This document shows, piece after piece, positions 63,954-64,000 of a stretch of 64,000 nt of DNA; position 1 is the first letter of the stretch; each line of letters begins with the position of its first letter. The DNA is from Oscillospiraceae bacterium (lineage in GTDB: Bacteria; Bacillota; Clostridia; Oscillospirales; Ruminococcaceae), in the NCBI GenBank assembly GCA_036641735.1, contig JAVWEG010000001.1, positions 4,287 through 68,286 on the forward strand, given 5' to 3'. The translations under genes and the position numbers were made by a program. The notes beneath the pieces were generated by a model, which was given only the letters and a program-made list of their open reading frames with translations, was not told where the DNA came from and ran no database searches.

Positions 63954-64000
63954 TATACGCCTCCGTGCAAGCCGTTTGAGTACAAAGTGCCGCACGCGTT

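Noticed and set aside
1-64000. Search for mobile elements, a prophage, defence islands (restriction-modification, toxin-antitoxin, CBASS/retron-like), CRISPR arrays, tRNA and rRNA genes.
   Set aside because: I saw no integrase, transposase or recombinase-like ORF, no direct-repeat arrays, no tRNA-like cloverleaf candidates in the intergenic gaps and no abrupt compositional island. The AT-rich stretches are ordinary divergent promoter regions.

Overview
The window reads as a chromosomal core region of an endospore-forming, anaerobic Firmicute that looks Clostridia-like. Supporting genes are gpr, spoIIP, spoVAC/AD/AE, rubrerythrin, an [FeFe]-hydrogenase-like sensor and meso-DAP dehydrogenase. 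I support about 60 tightly packed protein genes and saw no rRNA, tRNA, CRISPR array, transposase, integrase or phage gene.

Landmarks from left to right:
- ddh (partial), an HdeD-like protein, a CNNM/CorC-type transporter, a tandem-PPK2 protein, and a dCache-HAMP-PAS-GGDEF cyclase.
- kdgK-eda.
- ddl-murI-DUF1934-argS-yhhN.
- An AraC-family gene remnant, then sdaAB-sdaAA.
- iclR-rbr.
- The classical rpmG-secE-nusG-rplK-rplA-(L10 leader)-rplJ-rplL block.
- An AEC transporter with an overlapping uORF, then rlmA.
- An ssnA-ygfK-hyuA operon with a divergent YheO-type regulator.
- pyrBI.
- oppBCDF plus oppA.
- An orphan ABC-type solute-binding lipoprotein followed by a membrane GGDEF-EAL protein.
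- DUF4358-DHHW, a lipoprotein gene and a GNAT acetyltransferase.
- An RHH-domain gene followed by clpB, then plsC.
- Three uncharacterised genes.
- spoIIP, gpr, rpsT and spoVAC-AD-AE.
- A CofE-like protein and a 2xSBP_bac_3-PAS-GGDEF cyclase.
- At the right edge, a kinase-like ATPase / HydS-like [FeFe]-hydrogenase homologue / DRTGG / PHP regulatory cluster.

Most of the window is ordinary housekeeping. I found no convincing defence island or mobile element. The candidates most worth a second look are:
1. The isolated ssnA-ygfK-hyuA plus YheO module.
2. The HydS-like sensory cluster.
3. The solute-binding protein plus GGDEF-EAL pair.
4. The RHH gene co-transcribed with clpB.
5. Several small sequence-level oddities: the uORF coupled to the AEC gene, a 12-bp perfect inverted repeat built from two divergent Shine-Dalgarno sites, and an Eda-VOC fusion.

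All functional calls rest on motifs and by-eye similarity to families I recognise. No database search was possible. Several ORF-track start codons (GTG or TTG inside GAGGTG-like Shine-Dalgarno sequences) were moved to the next ATG where the sequence supported it.
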